Assembly (NCBI GenBank): GCA_964016885.1
Contig: OZ024760.1
Coordinates: 1,736,001-1,800,000, forward strand
From: Eledone cirrhosa
Lineage: Eukaryota
Length of the DNA: 64,000 nucleotides
Direction of reading: 5' to 3'
Shown one piece after another: positions 1 to 14,209 of the stretch; the stretch's first letter is position 1, and each line of letters begins with the position of its first letter. The position numbers were made by a program, and so were the translations under genes. The notes below the pieces were generated by a model. The model saw nothing but the letters and a program-made list of their open reading frames with translations, was not told where the DNA came from and did not search any database.

Positions 1-2180
1 CAATGGAAAGACCAATGGAAACATAGTTTCCTTGGTCTGATCTGACAATCTACAGATAGTATCAGCAATGGAAAGACCAATGGAAACATTGTTTCCTTGG
101 TCTGATCTGACAATCTACAGACAGTATCAGCAATGGAAAGACCAATGGAAACATTGTTTTCTTGGTCTGATCTGACAATCTACAGACAGTATCAGCAATA
201 GAAAGACCAATGGAAACATTGTTTCCTTTGTCTGATCTGACAATCTACAGATAGTATCAGCAATGGAAAGACCAATGGAAACATTGTTTCCTTGGTCTGA
301 TCTGACAATCTACAGATAGTATCAGCAATGGAAAGACCAATGGAAACATAGTTTCCTTGGTCTGATCTGACAATCTACAGACAGTATCAGCAATAGAAAG
401 ACCAATGGAAACATTGTTTCCTTGGTCTGATCTGACAATCTACAGATAGTATCAGCAATGGAAAGACCAATGGAAACATTGTTTCCTTGGTCAGATCTGA
501 CAATCTACAGACAGTATCAGCAATAGAAAGACCAATGGAAACATTGTTTCCTTGGTCTGATCTGACAATCTACAGACAGTATCAGCAATGGAAAGACCAA
601 TGGAAACATTGTTTCCTTGGTCAGATCTGACAATCTACAGATAGTATCAGCAATGGAAAGACCAATGGAAACATTGTTTCCTTGGTCTGATCTGACAATC
701 TACAGATAGTATCAGCAATGGAAAGACCAATGGAAACATTGTTTCCTTGGTCAGATCTGACAATCTACAGATAGTATCAGCAATGGAAAGACCAATGGAA
801 ACATAGTTTCCTTGGTCTAATCTGACAATCTACAGATAGTATCAGCAATGGAAAGACCAATGGAAACATAGTTTCCTTGGTCTGATCTGACAATCTACAG
901 ATAGTATCAGCAATGGAAAGACCAATGGAAACATTGTTTCCTTGGTCTGATCTGACAATCTACAGACAGTATCAGCAATGGAAAGACCAATGGAAACATT
1001 GTTTTCTTGGTCTGATCTGACAATCTACAGACAGTATCAGCAATAGAAAGACCAATGGAAACATTGTTTCCTTTGTCTGATCTGACAATCTACAGATAGT
1101 ATCAGCAATGGAAAGACCAATGGAAACATTGTTTCCTTGGTCTGATCTGACAATCTACAGATAGTATCAGCAATGGAAAGACCAATGGAAACATAGTTTC
1201 CTTGGTCTGATCTGACAATCTACAGACAGTATCAGCAATAGAAAGACCAATGGAAACATTGTTTCCTTGGTCTGATCTGACAATCTACAGATAGTATCAG
1301 CAATGGAAAGACCAATGGAAACATTGTTTCCTTGGTCAGATCTGACAATCTACAGACAGTATCAGCAATAGAAAGACCAATGGAAACATTGTTTCCTTGG
1401 TCTGATCTGACAATCTACAGACAGTATCAGCAATGGAAAGACCAATGGAAACATTGTTTCCTTGGTCAGATCTGACAATCTACAGATAGTATCAGCAATG
1501 GAAAGACCAATGGAAACATTGTTTCCTTGGTCTGATCTGACAATCTACAGATAGTATCAGCAATGGAAAGACCAATGGAAACATTGTTTCCTTGGTCAGA
1601 TCTGACAATCTACAGATAGTATCAGCAATGGAAAGACCAATGGAAACATAGTTTCCTTGGTCTAATCTGACAATCTACAGATAGTATCAGCAATGGAAAG
1701 ACCAATGGAAACATAGTTTCCTTGGTGTGATCTGACAAGCTACAGATAGTATCAGCAATGGAAAGACCAATGGAAACATTGTTTCCTTGGTCAGATCTGA
1801 CAATCTACAGATAGTATCAGCAATGGAAAGACCAATGGAAACATTGTTTCCTTGGTCAGATCTGACAATCTACAGACAGTATCAGCAATAGAAAGACCAA
1901 TGGAAACATTGTTTCCTTGGTCTGATCTGACAATCTACAGATAGTATCAGCAATGGAAAGACCAATGGAAGCATTGTTTCCTTGGTCTGATCTGACAATC
2001 TACAGATAGTATCAGCAATGGAAAGACCAATGGAAACATTGTTTCCTTGGTCAGATCTGACAATCTACAGACAGTATCAGCAATAGAAAGACCAATGGAA
2101 ACATTGTTTCCTTGGTCTGATCTGACAATCTACAGATAGTATCAGCAATGGAAAGACCAATGGAAATATTGTTTCCTTGG
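1..2180. repeat. 65-bp tandem satellite, about 33 copies, running off the window start
   Basis: Unit CAATGGAAAGACCAATGGAAACATTGTTTCCTTGGTCTGATCTGACAATCTACAGATAGTATCAG with few variants and no spacers. Confidence 0.97.
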
Positions 2181-2427
2181 TATGAACTAATGATCAACTC
2201 ATTCCTTATTTTGTTTTTGAAAGTCATAGTCTGTATCTTAGTTAATAAAAAATGGTAATTTGAGGTAAGATTAAACTGCTACGTTTAGGAAGCTGTGCAA
2301 CCACATAGAAAGCAACTATGTTGTTAAGTTGTAAAATAAAGAAGAGGAAATCAGCAAAACAACACAGAAAACAACAGATCATGACACCAAAACAATACAA
2401 AGTTGATTATATCTATATCTCTCTCTC

Positions 2428-2476
<49 letters not shown>

Positions 2477-2602
2477 GTGTGTGTGTATGTGTATATATAA
2501 TCTCTCTCTGTCTCTCTCGCCCCCTCTTTCTTTCTCTCTCTCAACCTAATATATTCCTGTCATATACTGTACCGATTGTGTTGTTATTTCTGTTTACTTT
2601 TT

Positions 2603-2701
<99 letters not shown>

Positions 2702-2757
2702 ATAGACAGATATACATGTATACATATATATATACCTGTGTATATATATGTATATAC

Positions 2758-2791
<34 letters not shown>

Positions 2792-2803
2792 GTGTGTGTA
2801 TAT

Positions 2804-2865
<62 letters not shown>

Positions 2866-3115
2866 ATGTGTGTGTGAGTGTGTGTGTGCATATATGTGTA
2901 TAAGAATATATACATTTATGTGTATATGCATATATATATATATATATATGCAAGCTATATTGTCCATATATATACAGGTATGTATTTATGTACACACACA
3001 CACACACACATATATTCTTTCACACACACACATACATACACACACAATGATGACATTTCCATAGAAAAGTCTTTAGGAAGAGAGAAAAGACACTGTTTTT
3101 TGTTTATTTTTTTTC

Positions 3116-3151
<36 letters not shown>

Positions 3152-3173
3152 AATAAATAAATAAATAAATAAA

Positions 3174-3211
<38 letters not shown>

Positions 3212-3369
3212 GATAAAGTTTTGGTAAAGTCAAAATTGGCCTTTTATTCTAATTCATAAACGACTGGACTGTCATGGTTATTGGAGTTTTAGGTTACATT
3301 GCAGGAACACAAGAATCTTTGAAATTCTTCTTCTTCCCATCACGGCGACCCTTCCCCCACTTCACCCTC

Positions 3370-5806
3370 TCCACCACTACTTACCACCATCACCATCACT
3401 ACTACCATTACCATCACCACCATCACTACTACCATTACCATCACCACCATCACTACTACCATTACCACCACTACCATCACCACCATCACCACTACTTACC
3501 ACCACCACCATCACTACTACCATTACCACCACTACCATCACCACCATCACTACTACCATTACCATCATCACCATCACTACTACCATTACCACTACTACCA
3601 TCACCACCATCACTACTACCATTACCACCACTACCATTACCATCATCACCATCACTACTACCATTATCATCACCACCATCACTACTACCATTACCACCAC
3701 TACCATTACCATCATCACCATCACCACCATCACTACTACCATTACCACCACTACCATTACCATCATCACCATCACTACCACCACTACCATCATCACCATC
3801 ACTACTACCATTATCATCACCACCATCACTACTACCATTACCATCATCACCATCACTACTACCATTACCACCACTACCATCACTACCACCACTACCATCA
3901 TCACCATCACTACCACCACTACCATCACCACCATCACTACTACCATTACCATCATCACCATCACTACTACCATTACCATCACCACCATCACTACTACCAT
4001 TACCATCATCACCATCACTACTACCATTACCATCACCACCATCACTACTACCATTACCACCACTACCATCACCACCATTACCATCATCACCATCACTACT
4101 ACCATTACCACCACCACCATCACTACTACCATTTCCACCACTACCATCACCACCATCACCATCACCATCATCAATACCAACACCACCACAACCACCATCA
4201 TCACCACAACCACCGTAAGCACTACCATCACCACCACCACTACCATCACCATCACCATCATCACCACCATCATTGCCATCACCACCACTACCATCACCAC
4301 CATCATCAATACATCACCATCACCACTACCATCACCACCACCACTACCATCACCATCACCATCACTACCATCACCACCATCATTGCCACACCACCACCAC
4401 TACCATCACCATCATCAATACCAACACCACCACAACCACCATTACCACCACCATCATCACCACAACACCATAAGCACTACCATCACCACCACTATCACCA
4501 TCACCACCACCACCACCACCACCACCACTGCCACTACCACCACCACTACCATTACCACCTACCTCTTTTTCTTTATTCTTATTATTATTGCTGTTGTTGT
4601 TCTTCTGTTTTCTTCTCTTTCTCCTTCCTCTTCTTCCTCATCATCATCACAACCACCACCACCACCACCACCACCACCACCATCATCATCATCATATTTT
4701 TCTTCTTCTCTCACCCCCACCCACCACAGTCATCCACCACCACTACCACATACCCCCTTTCCTTGTTGTTGTTGTTGTTGTTGTTGTTCTTTTTCTTCTA
4801 CTACAATTGTTGTTGTTGTTGTTGTTACATTTTATTGTTGTTGTTGTTACAATTATTATTATAACAATTACTATCACTGCCATCATCATCATCATTATTA
4901 GCTTGTGTGTATGTGTATGCATATGTGTGTATGTGTTTATGTGTTTATGTGTTTATGTGTGTATGTGTATGTATGTGTGTATGTGTGTATGTGTGTATGT
5001 GTGTATGTGTTTATGTGTGTATGTGTGTATGTGTGTATGTATGTGTTTATGTGTGTATGTGTATGCATGTGTGTATGTGTTTATGTGTGTATGTGTATGC
5101 ATGTGTGTATGTGTTTATGTGTGTATGTGTATGCATGTGTGTATGTGTATGCATGTGTGTATGTGTTTATGTGTGTATGTGTATGCATGTGTGTATGTGT
5201 ATGCATGTGTGTATGTGTGTATATGTGTGTATGTGTTTATGTGTTTATGTGTTTATGTGTGTATGTGTATGTATGTGTGTATGTGTGTATGTGTGTATGT
5301 GTGTATGTGTTTATGTGTGTATGTGTGTATGTGTGTATGTATGTGTTTATGTGTGTATGTGTATGCATGTGTGTATGTGTTTATGTGTGTATGTGTATGC
5401 ATGTGTGTATGTGTTTATGTGTGTATGTGTATGCATGTGTGTATGTGTATGCATGTGTGTATGTGTGTATATGTGTGTATGTGTTTATGTGTGTATGTGT
5501 GTATGTGTGTATGTGTATGCATGTGTGTATGTGTGTATGCGTATGCATGTGTGTATGTGTTTATGTGTGTATGTGTATGCGTATGCATGTGTGTATGTGT
5601 TTATGTGTGTATGTGTATGCATGTGTGTATGTGTTTATGTGTGTATGTGTGTGCATGTGTGTATGTGTGTATGTGTTTATGTGTATGCATGTGTGTATGT
5701 GTTTATGTATGCATGTGTGTATGAGTATGCATGTGTGTGTATATATATATATGTGTATATTCAGCGAAAGAGAGAGAGGGAAGAGAGAAAAGGAGAAGGA
5801 GACAGA

Positions 5807-5830
<24 letters not shown>
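3370..5830. repeat. Compound (ACC/ATC/ACT)n and (TG/TATG)n simple repeats
   Basis: Low-complexity triplet and dinucleotide arrays. A 300-bp internal duplication is visible (4921 vs 5221). Confidence 0.9.
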
Positions 5831-5860
<30 letters not shown>

Positions 5861-5989
5861 AGGAGAGATACAATTTATATTTCTTTGGTATAATATTTCC
5901 ATGGACAATAATACAAGAGAAAATAAGACAAAATAAGACCAATTTGTTTGAGCTCCATTATTGAATATATAGATAAATATATATATATC

Positions 5990-6027
<38 letters not shown>

Positions 6028-6085
6028 TACATAAATAAATATATACATGAATATATATATATATATATACATCTACATATATACA

Positions 6086-6125
<40 letters not shown>

Positions 6126-6169
6126 TTCACTATTCACACGTGTTTTTTAAGCTTCATATCATGTATCCC

Positions 6170-6240
6170 TATTTTATCTGATGAAAACGCAGATATCATC
6201 TCATGATGATATTTGTTTTTGAAATGCGCATAATAAAATA
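6170..6240 (+). ncRNA. Minimal type I hammerhead ribozyme motif
   Basis: TATTTTAT-CTGATGA-[16-bp stem II AAACGCAGATATCATC/GATGATATTTGTTTTT]-GAAA-TGCGCA-TA-ATAAAATA. Perfect 8-bp stem I, palindromic stem III, AUA cleavage triplet. Confidence 0.8.
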
Positions 6241-6276
6241 CTTGGAACTCTTTTAACCATCTTTTGATCTTATATT

Positions 6277-7675
6277 ATCATCATCATCATCATCATCATC
6301 ATCATTTTACGTCCGCTTTTCCCTGCTTGCAAGGGTGGGACGGGTCTTATTCAGCACAGCATCTCTCCACTCGTCACGGTCCTTCGTCATCTCCACCGTG
6401 AGCTTCAGCGATCTGAGGTCTGTTCTCACCACTTCCGCCCATGTTTTTCGTGGTCTACCTCTACCACGTCTTCCTTCAACTGGCATTTCCTGGCACTTCT
6501 TCACCCATCGGTCATCCTCCATGCGCATCACATGTCCATACTACCTCAGTCTCCTCTCCCGTACACTACATTCTATCCCTCTCAGACACAGTTTCTCTCT
6601 CAACACATTTATGCTGGGTCGTACACTGCGCATCCAACGGAGCATGCTTGCCTCATTTCTCTCCAGCCGTCGCATATCCTCTGCAGTTGCTGCCCATGTC
6701 TCACTACCATGCAGCATCGCGCTCCTCACACAGGCATCATACAACCGGCCTTTCGTACGCAGGGAGAAACCCTTCTTCATCAACAGAGGAAGCAGCTCCC
6801 TAAACTTCTTCCAACCCGTCCTTATTCTAGATACTATGGCCTCGGAACACCCTCCTCCCATGCTAATCTGATCTCCTAGGTACCGGAAGCTATCCACCAC
6901 TTTTATAGCGCCCTCCTGCATTTGAAAAATGTGTCTATCAATGCGACTTCTACTGTCTAATTTCCCTGTACATCCACTGCATACATATTTCTCCCTACCT
7001 GTTAGTTTGCCTGCTATCCCGCTACATCTCTTGTGTACCCAGGATCTGCATTGTGTGCATTTTATAGAATTTATGCCAGTTCCTTTTCTGCATATCAAAC
7101 ATGGCCATTTCCCTGACAGAATCAGGGTTTTGTCCTCTATTCTACTCATCAACACTTTTGTCTTAGCTAGGTTCACTCTCAGTCCTCTTGCTTCCAACTG
7201 CTGTTTCCATAGCCAGAATTTATTCTCTAGCTCCTCTACTGATTCTGCTATAAGAACCAGATCGTCAGCATAGAGAAGTTCCCATGGACAGCCAGTCTTA
7301 AACTCCTCTGTAATGGCTTGGAGGACTATAATGAACAAGAGCGGGCTGAGGACCGAACCCTGATGTTCTCCTACTTGTATCTGGAATTCCTCACTAAACT
7401 CCATTCCTACCCTGACTTTACTGAGAGTACTTCTGTACAAAGTTTGCACTGTCCTCACAAGCCATTCCTCAACACCTAGCTTCCTTAGGGACCACCAGAT
7501 GACAGATCAGGGTACCTATCAAAGGTCTTCTCTAGGTCAACAAAGGCTAAGTATAGTGGCTTATTCTTCTCTAAGAACCTCTCTTGCAATTGTCTCACCA
7601 AGAAGAGGGCATCTGTTGTTCTCTTCCCAGGCACAAAACCAAACTGCATCTCATTCTTCCCAGGCACAAAACCAA
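6277..7675 (-). mobile_element. 5'-truncated, disrupted RTE-clade LINE (reverse transcriptase and 3' end)
   Basis: Motifs QFGFVPGKRTTD, AFVDLEKTFD, HQGSVLSPLLF, YADD (7261-7272), FRYLG and RGRGRPRKTW. In-frame stop near 6541, frameshifts, (TGA)n tail at about 6277-6304. Confidence 0.93.
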
Positions 7676-7725
7676 ATATATTAATTAAAAATATTAACAA
7701 AAATAGACATTCGTGTGATCAAGTA

Positions 7726-7792
7726 TATTTTATTATACATATTTCAGAGGTACTGACCTATCTTCAACAGTACGTCCTCATCAGATAAAATA
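7726..7792 (-). ncRNA. Minimal type I hammerhead ribozyme motif
   Basis: Minus strand: TATTTTAT-CTGATGA-GGACGTACTG...CAGTACCTCT-GAAA-TATGTA-TA-ATAAAATA. Confidence 0.78.
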
Positions 7793-8189
7793 AGATGATG
7801 CATGACATACCCTGACTAAGTAGATGGTTAAGAAAATAAAGGTGGAGACAAAAGTGCTGCCTTGAAAGCAATTTGTTGAAAGGTGGGTGAAAGAGGTGAG
7901 AATAGTCTGAGTGAATGGGCCTGCTCTGAGCATGTGCCTATAGATTGAAGGAAGACAGCCACAAGAGAGCACTTGCCCTGGTGGTCAGGAGGACTGTGGT
8001 TTTTGTGGGCTTTCTCCACAAGTAACCGTCAGAAGTCTCCTCCCTATTATGCAATTTCCTTTTATTTCTATTTTTTGTTTTATACTCATTTTTATCCACA
8101 GAAACCCACATTGTACCATCCTTAATGTATATTTTATGTAAACCCTTTGTGGTCAATAAAGAAAACATTATTGTTGTTGTTATCATTAT

Positions 8190-8335
8190 AATTCGGTAGA
8201 GCGCCAGACACCATGCTTTTCAGCATAGAGTTATGGCCCTTTACGTTCTGAGTTCAAATCCTGCCGAGGTTACCTTTACCTTTCATCCATACTAGGGTAA
8301 TTGCTGGCCTTGTGCCAAAAGTACAAACATTATCA
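8190..8335 (+). mobile_element. tRNA-derived SINE, family A (internally deleted)
   Basis: B box GAGTTCAAATC, CTTTACCTTTCATCC core, GCTGGCCTTGTGCC 3' end, matching the other copies in the window. Confidence 0.8.
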
Positions 8336-8344
8336 TCATTATTA

Positions 8345-9975
8345 TTTTTATTATGCATCATTACTGCCTTACCGAGCACAGCTCTGTGCGCCTTGGGTAT
8401 GTGCAGTGTAGGATTTGCTGGTGTTGTTTCCATGGTATTAATAGTACTTGTAGTAATATGTGTGAAGTGCTAGCTTTTGTATGCCTAGTAGTGCTATTTT
8501 TTGTATGCTGTATATATTTGTAAGTCCTGGGGTTTTGGTTATGTATTTGTCTGTGTTTTTCTTTTATCATTCCTAGAGCACCAATTATTGTAGGTATTCT
8601 TTCATTTTTATTTTCTACATTCGAGTTATTTCTATCTCTAGATCTTTATATTTTGGAGAGTTTCTCCATTTCCTTGGGAGATATATTGTCATCTGTGGGG
8701 GTTGATACATCTATTAGAAGGTATATTGTCATTATTATTAGTTTTCATTTTCCACATTCAAGTTATTTCTATCTCTAGAGCCTTATATTTGGAGAGTTTT
8801 TCCATTTCCTTGGGAGATATATTGTCATCTGTGGGGGTTGATACATCTATTAGAAGGTATATTGTCATTATTATTAGTTTTCATTTTCCACATTCAAGTT
8901 ATTTCTATCTCTAGAGCCTTATATTTGGAGAGTTTTTCCATTTCCTTGGGAGATATATTGTCATCTGTGGGGGTTGATACATCTATTAGAAGGTATATTG
9001 TCATTATTATTAGTTTTCATTTTCCACATTCAAGTTATTTCTATCTCTAGAGCCTTATATTTGGAGAGTTTTTCCATTTCCTTGGGAGATATATTGTCAT
9101 CTGTGGGGGTTGATACATCTATTAGAAGGTATATTGTCATTATTATTAGTTTTCATTTTCCACATTCAAGTTATTTCTATCTCTAGATCTTTATATTTGG
9201 AGAGTTTTTCCATTTCCTTGGGAGATATATTGTCATCTGTGGGGGTTGATACATCTATTAGAAGGTATATTGTCATTATTATTAGTTTTCATTTTCCACA
9301 TTCAAGTTATTTCTATCTCTAGAGCCTTATATTTGGAGAGTTTTTCCATTTCCTTGGGAGATATATTGTCATCTGTGGGGGTTGATACATCTATTAGAAG
9401 GTATATTGTCATTATTATTAGTTTTCATTTTCCACATTCAAGTTATTTCTATCTCTAGATCTTTATATTTGGAGAGTTTTTCCATTTCCTTGGGAGATAT
9501 ATTGTCATCTGTGGGCGTTGATACATCTATTAGAAGGTATATTGTCATTATTATTAGTTTTCATTTTCCACATTCAAGTTATTTCTATCTCTAGATCTTT
9601 ATATTTGGAGAGTTTTTCCATTTCCTTGGGAGATATATTGTCATCTGTGGGGGTTGATACATCTATTAGAAGGTATATTGTCATTATTATTAGTTTTCAT
9701 TTTCCACATTCAAGTTATTTCTATCTCTAGATCTTTATATTTGGAGAGTTTTTCCATTTCCTTGGGAGATATATTGTCATCTGTGGGGGTTGATACATCT
9801 ATTAGAAGGTATATTGTCATTATTATTAGTTTTCATTATCCACATTCAAGTTATTTCTATCTCTAGATCTTTATATTTGGAGAGTTTTTCCATTTCCTTG
9901 GAAGATATATTGTCATCTGTGGAGATAGATACATCTATTAGTAGTCATTATTTTTTCTTTGTGGTCTTTGACTGT
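8345..9975 (-). mobile_element. 3' fragment of an RLE-type (R4/Dong-like) non-LTR element whose endonuclease segment is amplified as a 136-bp tandem array
   Basis: Minus strand reads VKDHKEK..LIDVSTPTDDNISPKEMEKLSKYKDLEIEIT*MWKMKT..IIGALGMIKEK, typical of the C-terminal restriction-like endonuclease. About 10 copies with period 136 at about 8600-9940. Confidence 0.75.
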
Positions 9976-10109
9976 TATTACTATTGCTGTTGGATATCAT
10001 GTTGTACAGTTTCATCAGACACATGTATTAAACCTGTGTGATATCATGGATTTACAACACAATGGGGAACAGATTGGCCACTGAAAAAGGATATTGCATG
10101 CTACTTACT

Positions 10110-10311
10110 GGTATTGTTGATGTTGGTGAAGTTGTTGGTGGTGGTGGTGATGGTTCTATTGTAGTAGTTGTTGTTGTTGTTGTTGGCGGTGGTGGTGGTG
10201 GTGGTTGTGGTGGTGATGATGTTGTTGGCATTGTTGTTGTTGTTGTTGTTGGCGGTGGTGGTGTTGTTGTTGTTGGTGGTGGTGGTGGTTGTGGTGGTGA
10301 TGATGTTGTTG

Positions 10312-10409
<98 letters not shown>

Positions 10410-10457
10410 GGTGGTGGTGATGGTGGTGGTGTTAGTGGTGGTGGTGATGTTGGTTCT

Positions 10458-10531
<74 letters not shown>

Positions 10532-11242
10532 CGTCGGTGGTGGTTGTGGTGGTGATGATGTTGTTGGCGTTGTTGTTGTTGTTGGTGGTGGTGATGGTGA
10601 TGGTGGTGGTGGTAATGTTGTTGTAGGCATTGTTGTTGTTTTTGTTGTTGTTGTTGGTGGTGGTGGTGGTGGTGATGTTGCTGTTGGTGGTGATGGTATT
10701 GTAGTTGTTGGTAGTGGTGTCCCTGTTGTTGTAGTTGGTGGTGGTGATGCTGGTGATGTTGGTGGTGGTGATGTTGATGGTGATGTTGGTGGTGGTGCTG
10801 GTGATCTTGGTGGTGGTGATGTTGATGGTGTTGTTGGTGGTGTTAGTGATGTTGTTGTTGGTGGTCTTATTGGTGTTGTTATTGTTAGTGGTGGTGGTGG
10901 TGGTTAAAGTGTTAGCATTGGTGGTGGGGGTGTTGTTAGTATCTGTGTTGTTGTTATTGTTATTGTTGTTATTGTTAGTGGTGGTGGTGAAGGTGGTTGA
11001 AATGTTGGCATTGATGGTGTTGTTATTGGTGTATTTGTTGTTGTTGTTGTTGTTGTTAGGGGCGATGATGTTGTTATTGTTATTGTTTGTGGTGCTTTTG
11101 TTATTACTATTATTATTATTATTATTATTATTGATGTTGTTGTTATTATTACTATTATTATTATTATTATTATTATTGATGTTGTTGTTATTATTACTAT
11201 TATTATTATTATTATTATTATTGATGTTGTTGTTATTATTAC

Positions 11243-11279
<37 letters not shown>

Positions 11280-11370
11280 GATGTTGTTGTTATTATTACT
11301 ATTATTATTATTACTATTATTATTATTATTATTGATGTTGATGTTGTTGTTATTATCATTGCTGGTGTTG
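10110..11370. repeat. (GTT/GGT/ATT)n simple repeats
   Basis: Pure and compound triplet arrays. Confidence 0.9.
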
Positions 11371-11692
11371 GTGATGGAGACGCTGCTGGTGTCGACAGCA
11401 CAGTACAGCAAAGGAGATGATAATTCATTGAATAACCAAAACCAATAATACACAAGATGCCGACTGGACGCTGGTCACTTATTACATAGCCTCCCACCCC
11501 CTCCGACCCCACTGCCATTCCATTAACATCCCTACTCCCCCTCCATCCTATCGGTCAGCGAAGTTTTATGATGTGCGCGGTCATCTCATGTGAAACAGTG
11601 ATAAATAATTTACAACAACTTATTAAAACCAATAGACTGAAGTCTCATTAATATATATATATGTATATATATATGTGTGTGTATATATATAC

Positions 11693-11742
<50 letters not shown>

Positions 11743-11788
11743 GTATAAATATATAGGTATATATATATAAATATATATATATATATAC

Positions 11789-11854
<66 letters not shown>

Positions 11855-11894
11855 ATATATATACTCATATATATACATATATATATGTATATAT

Positions 11895-11926
<32 letters not shown>

Positions 11927-11958
11927 GTATAAATATATAGGTATATATATATAAATAT

Positions 11959-11990
<32 letters not shown>

Positions 11991-12110
11991 CTATATGAAT
12001 GTATGTAGGTATGCATATACATAAAATTATATATATATATATATATATATACACATAAATATATATTCATGCCTATGTATACGTGAAAGGCATATATATA
12101 CTTACATTTA

Positions 12111-12179
<69 letters not shown>

Positions 12180-12215
12180 CAGGTATATACGTATACATAT
12201 ATATACATATACACT

Positions 12216-12288
<73 letters not shown>

Positions 12289-12333
12289 ATATATGTACAG
12301 GTATATACGTATACATATATATACATATACACT

Positions 12334-12387
<54 letters not shown>

Positions 12388-12965
12388 TTTATCATATAGC
12401 TTCAGTTAATGACAGGTCTTTGTTGAGCATATTTCTGGTACATGGTTCTCTCTCTCTCTCTTTCTCCCCCCCACCCCCCCCCCCGGGCTTTATATTAATT
12501 CTGGATCGCTAGGGGTTGTGGGTGGGCTGTGTGGAGAGAAGGTTCGATGAATAGATCTATTGAAGGAGGAGGGCAATGATTAGAGAGAAGGGGGGGGGGG
12601 TAAAGGGAGAGATAAGGGACAGAGAGAGTGAGAGACGGAGAAGGGGAAGAGCGCATATGTAGAATTATTGCCAAGGGTGGTGGGGTGGGGTGGGGTGGGG
12701 TGGTATTAAGGAAACAGCAGACTAATGAGAATTGGTAGGAAATCTAAGGAAAATTGATATCTATATCTATATATAATATATATATATATATATATCTATA
12801 TATACACACACACATATATATACATATTCGTGTACATAAATATACATATATATATGTATACGAATATGTATATATATGTATATATGTATATGAATATATA
12901 TATATATATGTATATATATGTATATGTGTATATGTATATGAATATATATATATATATGAATATGA

Positions 12966-13000
<35 letters not shown>

Positions 13001-13133
13001 TATATAATCTTAAATCTATATTATATATGTCTATATCTATATATATATATATAGCTATATATATATATATACATATATCTATATATATATATATATCTAT
13101 ATATATATAGCTATATATAGATATATACATATA

Positions 13134-13172
<39 letters not shown>

Positions 13173-13275
13173 CTATATATATATAGCTATATATATATAG
13201 CTATATATAGATATATACATATATCTATATCTATATATATATCTATATATATATAGCTATATATATATATACATA

Positions 13276-13320
<45 letters not shown>

Positions 13321-13840
13321 CTATATATATATAGCTATATATATATATATATATATATATATAGCTATATATATATATATATATATATATATAGCTATAT
13401 ATATATATATATATAGCTATATATATATATATATATAGCTATATATATATATATATATAGCTATATATATATATATATATACACATATCTAGCTATATCT
13501 TATACACTGTATATTATACCAATGTATATATATGGTTAATGACTGGTCCAAAACTATTAACACACAATGTCAAAAATTTGACCTCAAACATTTTGTATTA
13601 ATCATCACATTGCTCTTGATGACGGGGTGGTGGTGGTGGTGGTGGTGTTAGTGGTGATGATGGTGGTGTTGATGATGGTGGTGGTGGTGGAGGTAGCAGT
13701 GATGATGATGGTGGTGGTGGTGGTGGTGGTGGAGGGGGTGAAGGTGATGCTGTTGATAGCGGTGGTGGTGGTGGTGGTGGTGGTGGTGATGATGGTGGTG
13801 TTGATGATGATGATGATGGTGGTGGTGGTGGAGGTAGCAG

Positions 13841-13873
<33 letters not shown>

Positions 13874-14209
13874 AGGGGGTGAAGGTGATGCTGTTGATAG
13901 CGGTGGTGGTGGTGGTGGGGTGATAGGGGTGGGAGGGGAGTGATTGCTGGTGATGGTGATGGGGATGATGATGCTGCTGATGATGGTGATGATGACAAAA
14001 TCTCATAGATTCAATATTCATCATCATCACCGTTCTTCCACACTAGCATGGGCTAGCATATATTAGATGGGTAAGCATGTGTGAGATAATTATGTGAGGT
14101 AAAGCCTTTACCACAAAAATACAATAGTATATATAGAGAAATGTAAATATTAAAGGGTTAATAATATAGGTACATAGCCACCAATTTAATGTGAGGGGTG
14201 AGTCAACTA

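Noticed and set aside
1-2180. CRISPR-like array of hairpin repeats
   Set aside because: Units are contiguous with no unique spacers, there are no cas genes, the context is eukaryotic, and the monomer matches a SINE tail.
2318-6130. YI-, CV-, His-, Pro-, Val- and Asp-rich ORFs here and throughout the window
   Set aside because: They are translations of microsatellites that lack stop codons.
6335-7273. Plus-strand ORFs over the RTE element
   Set aside because: They are antisense shadows of the RT frame.
8702-10041. Nine near-identical 70-83 aa plus-strand ORFs as a peptide gene cluster
   Set aside because: They are the antisense of a tandemly amplified LINE fragment.
12675-12705. (GGGGT)n G-quadruplex-capable tract
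   Set aside because: It is a short simple repeat among many, with no evidence of function.
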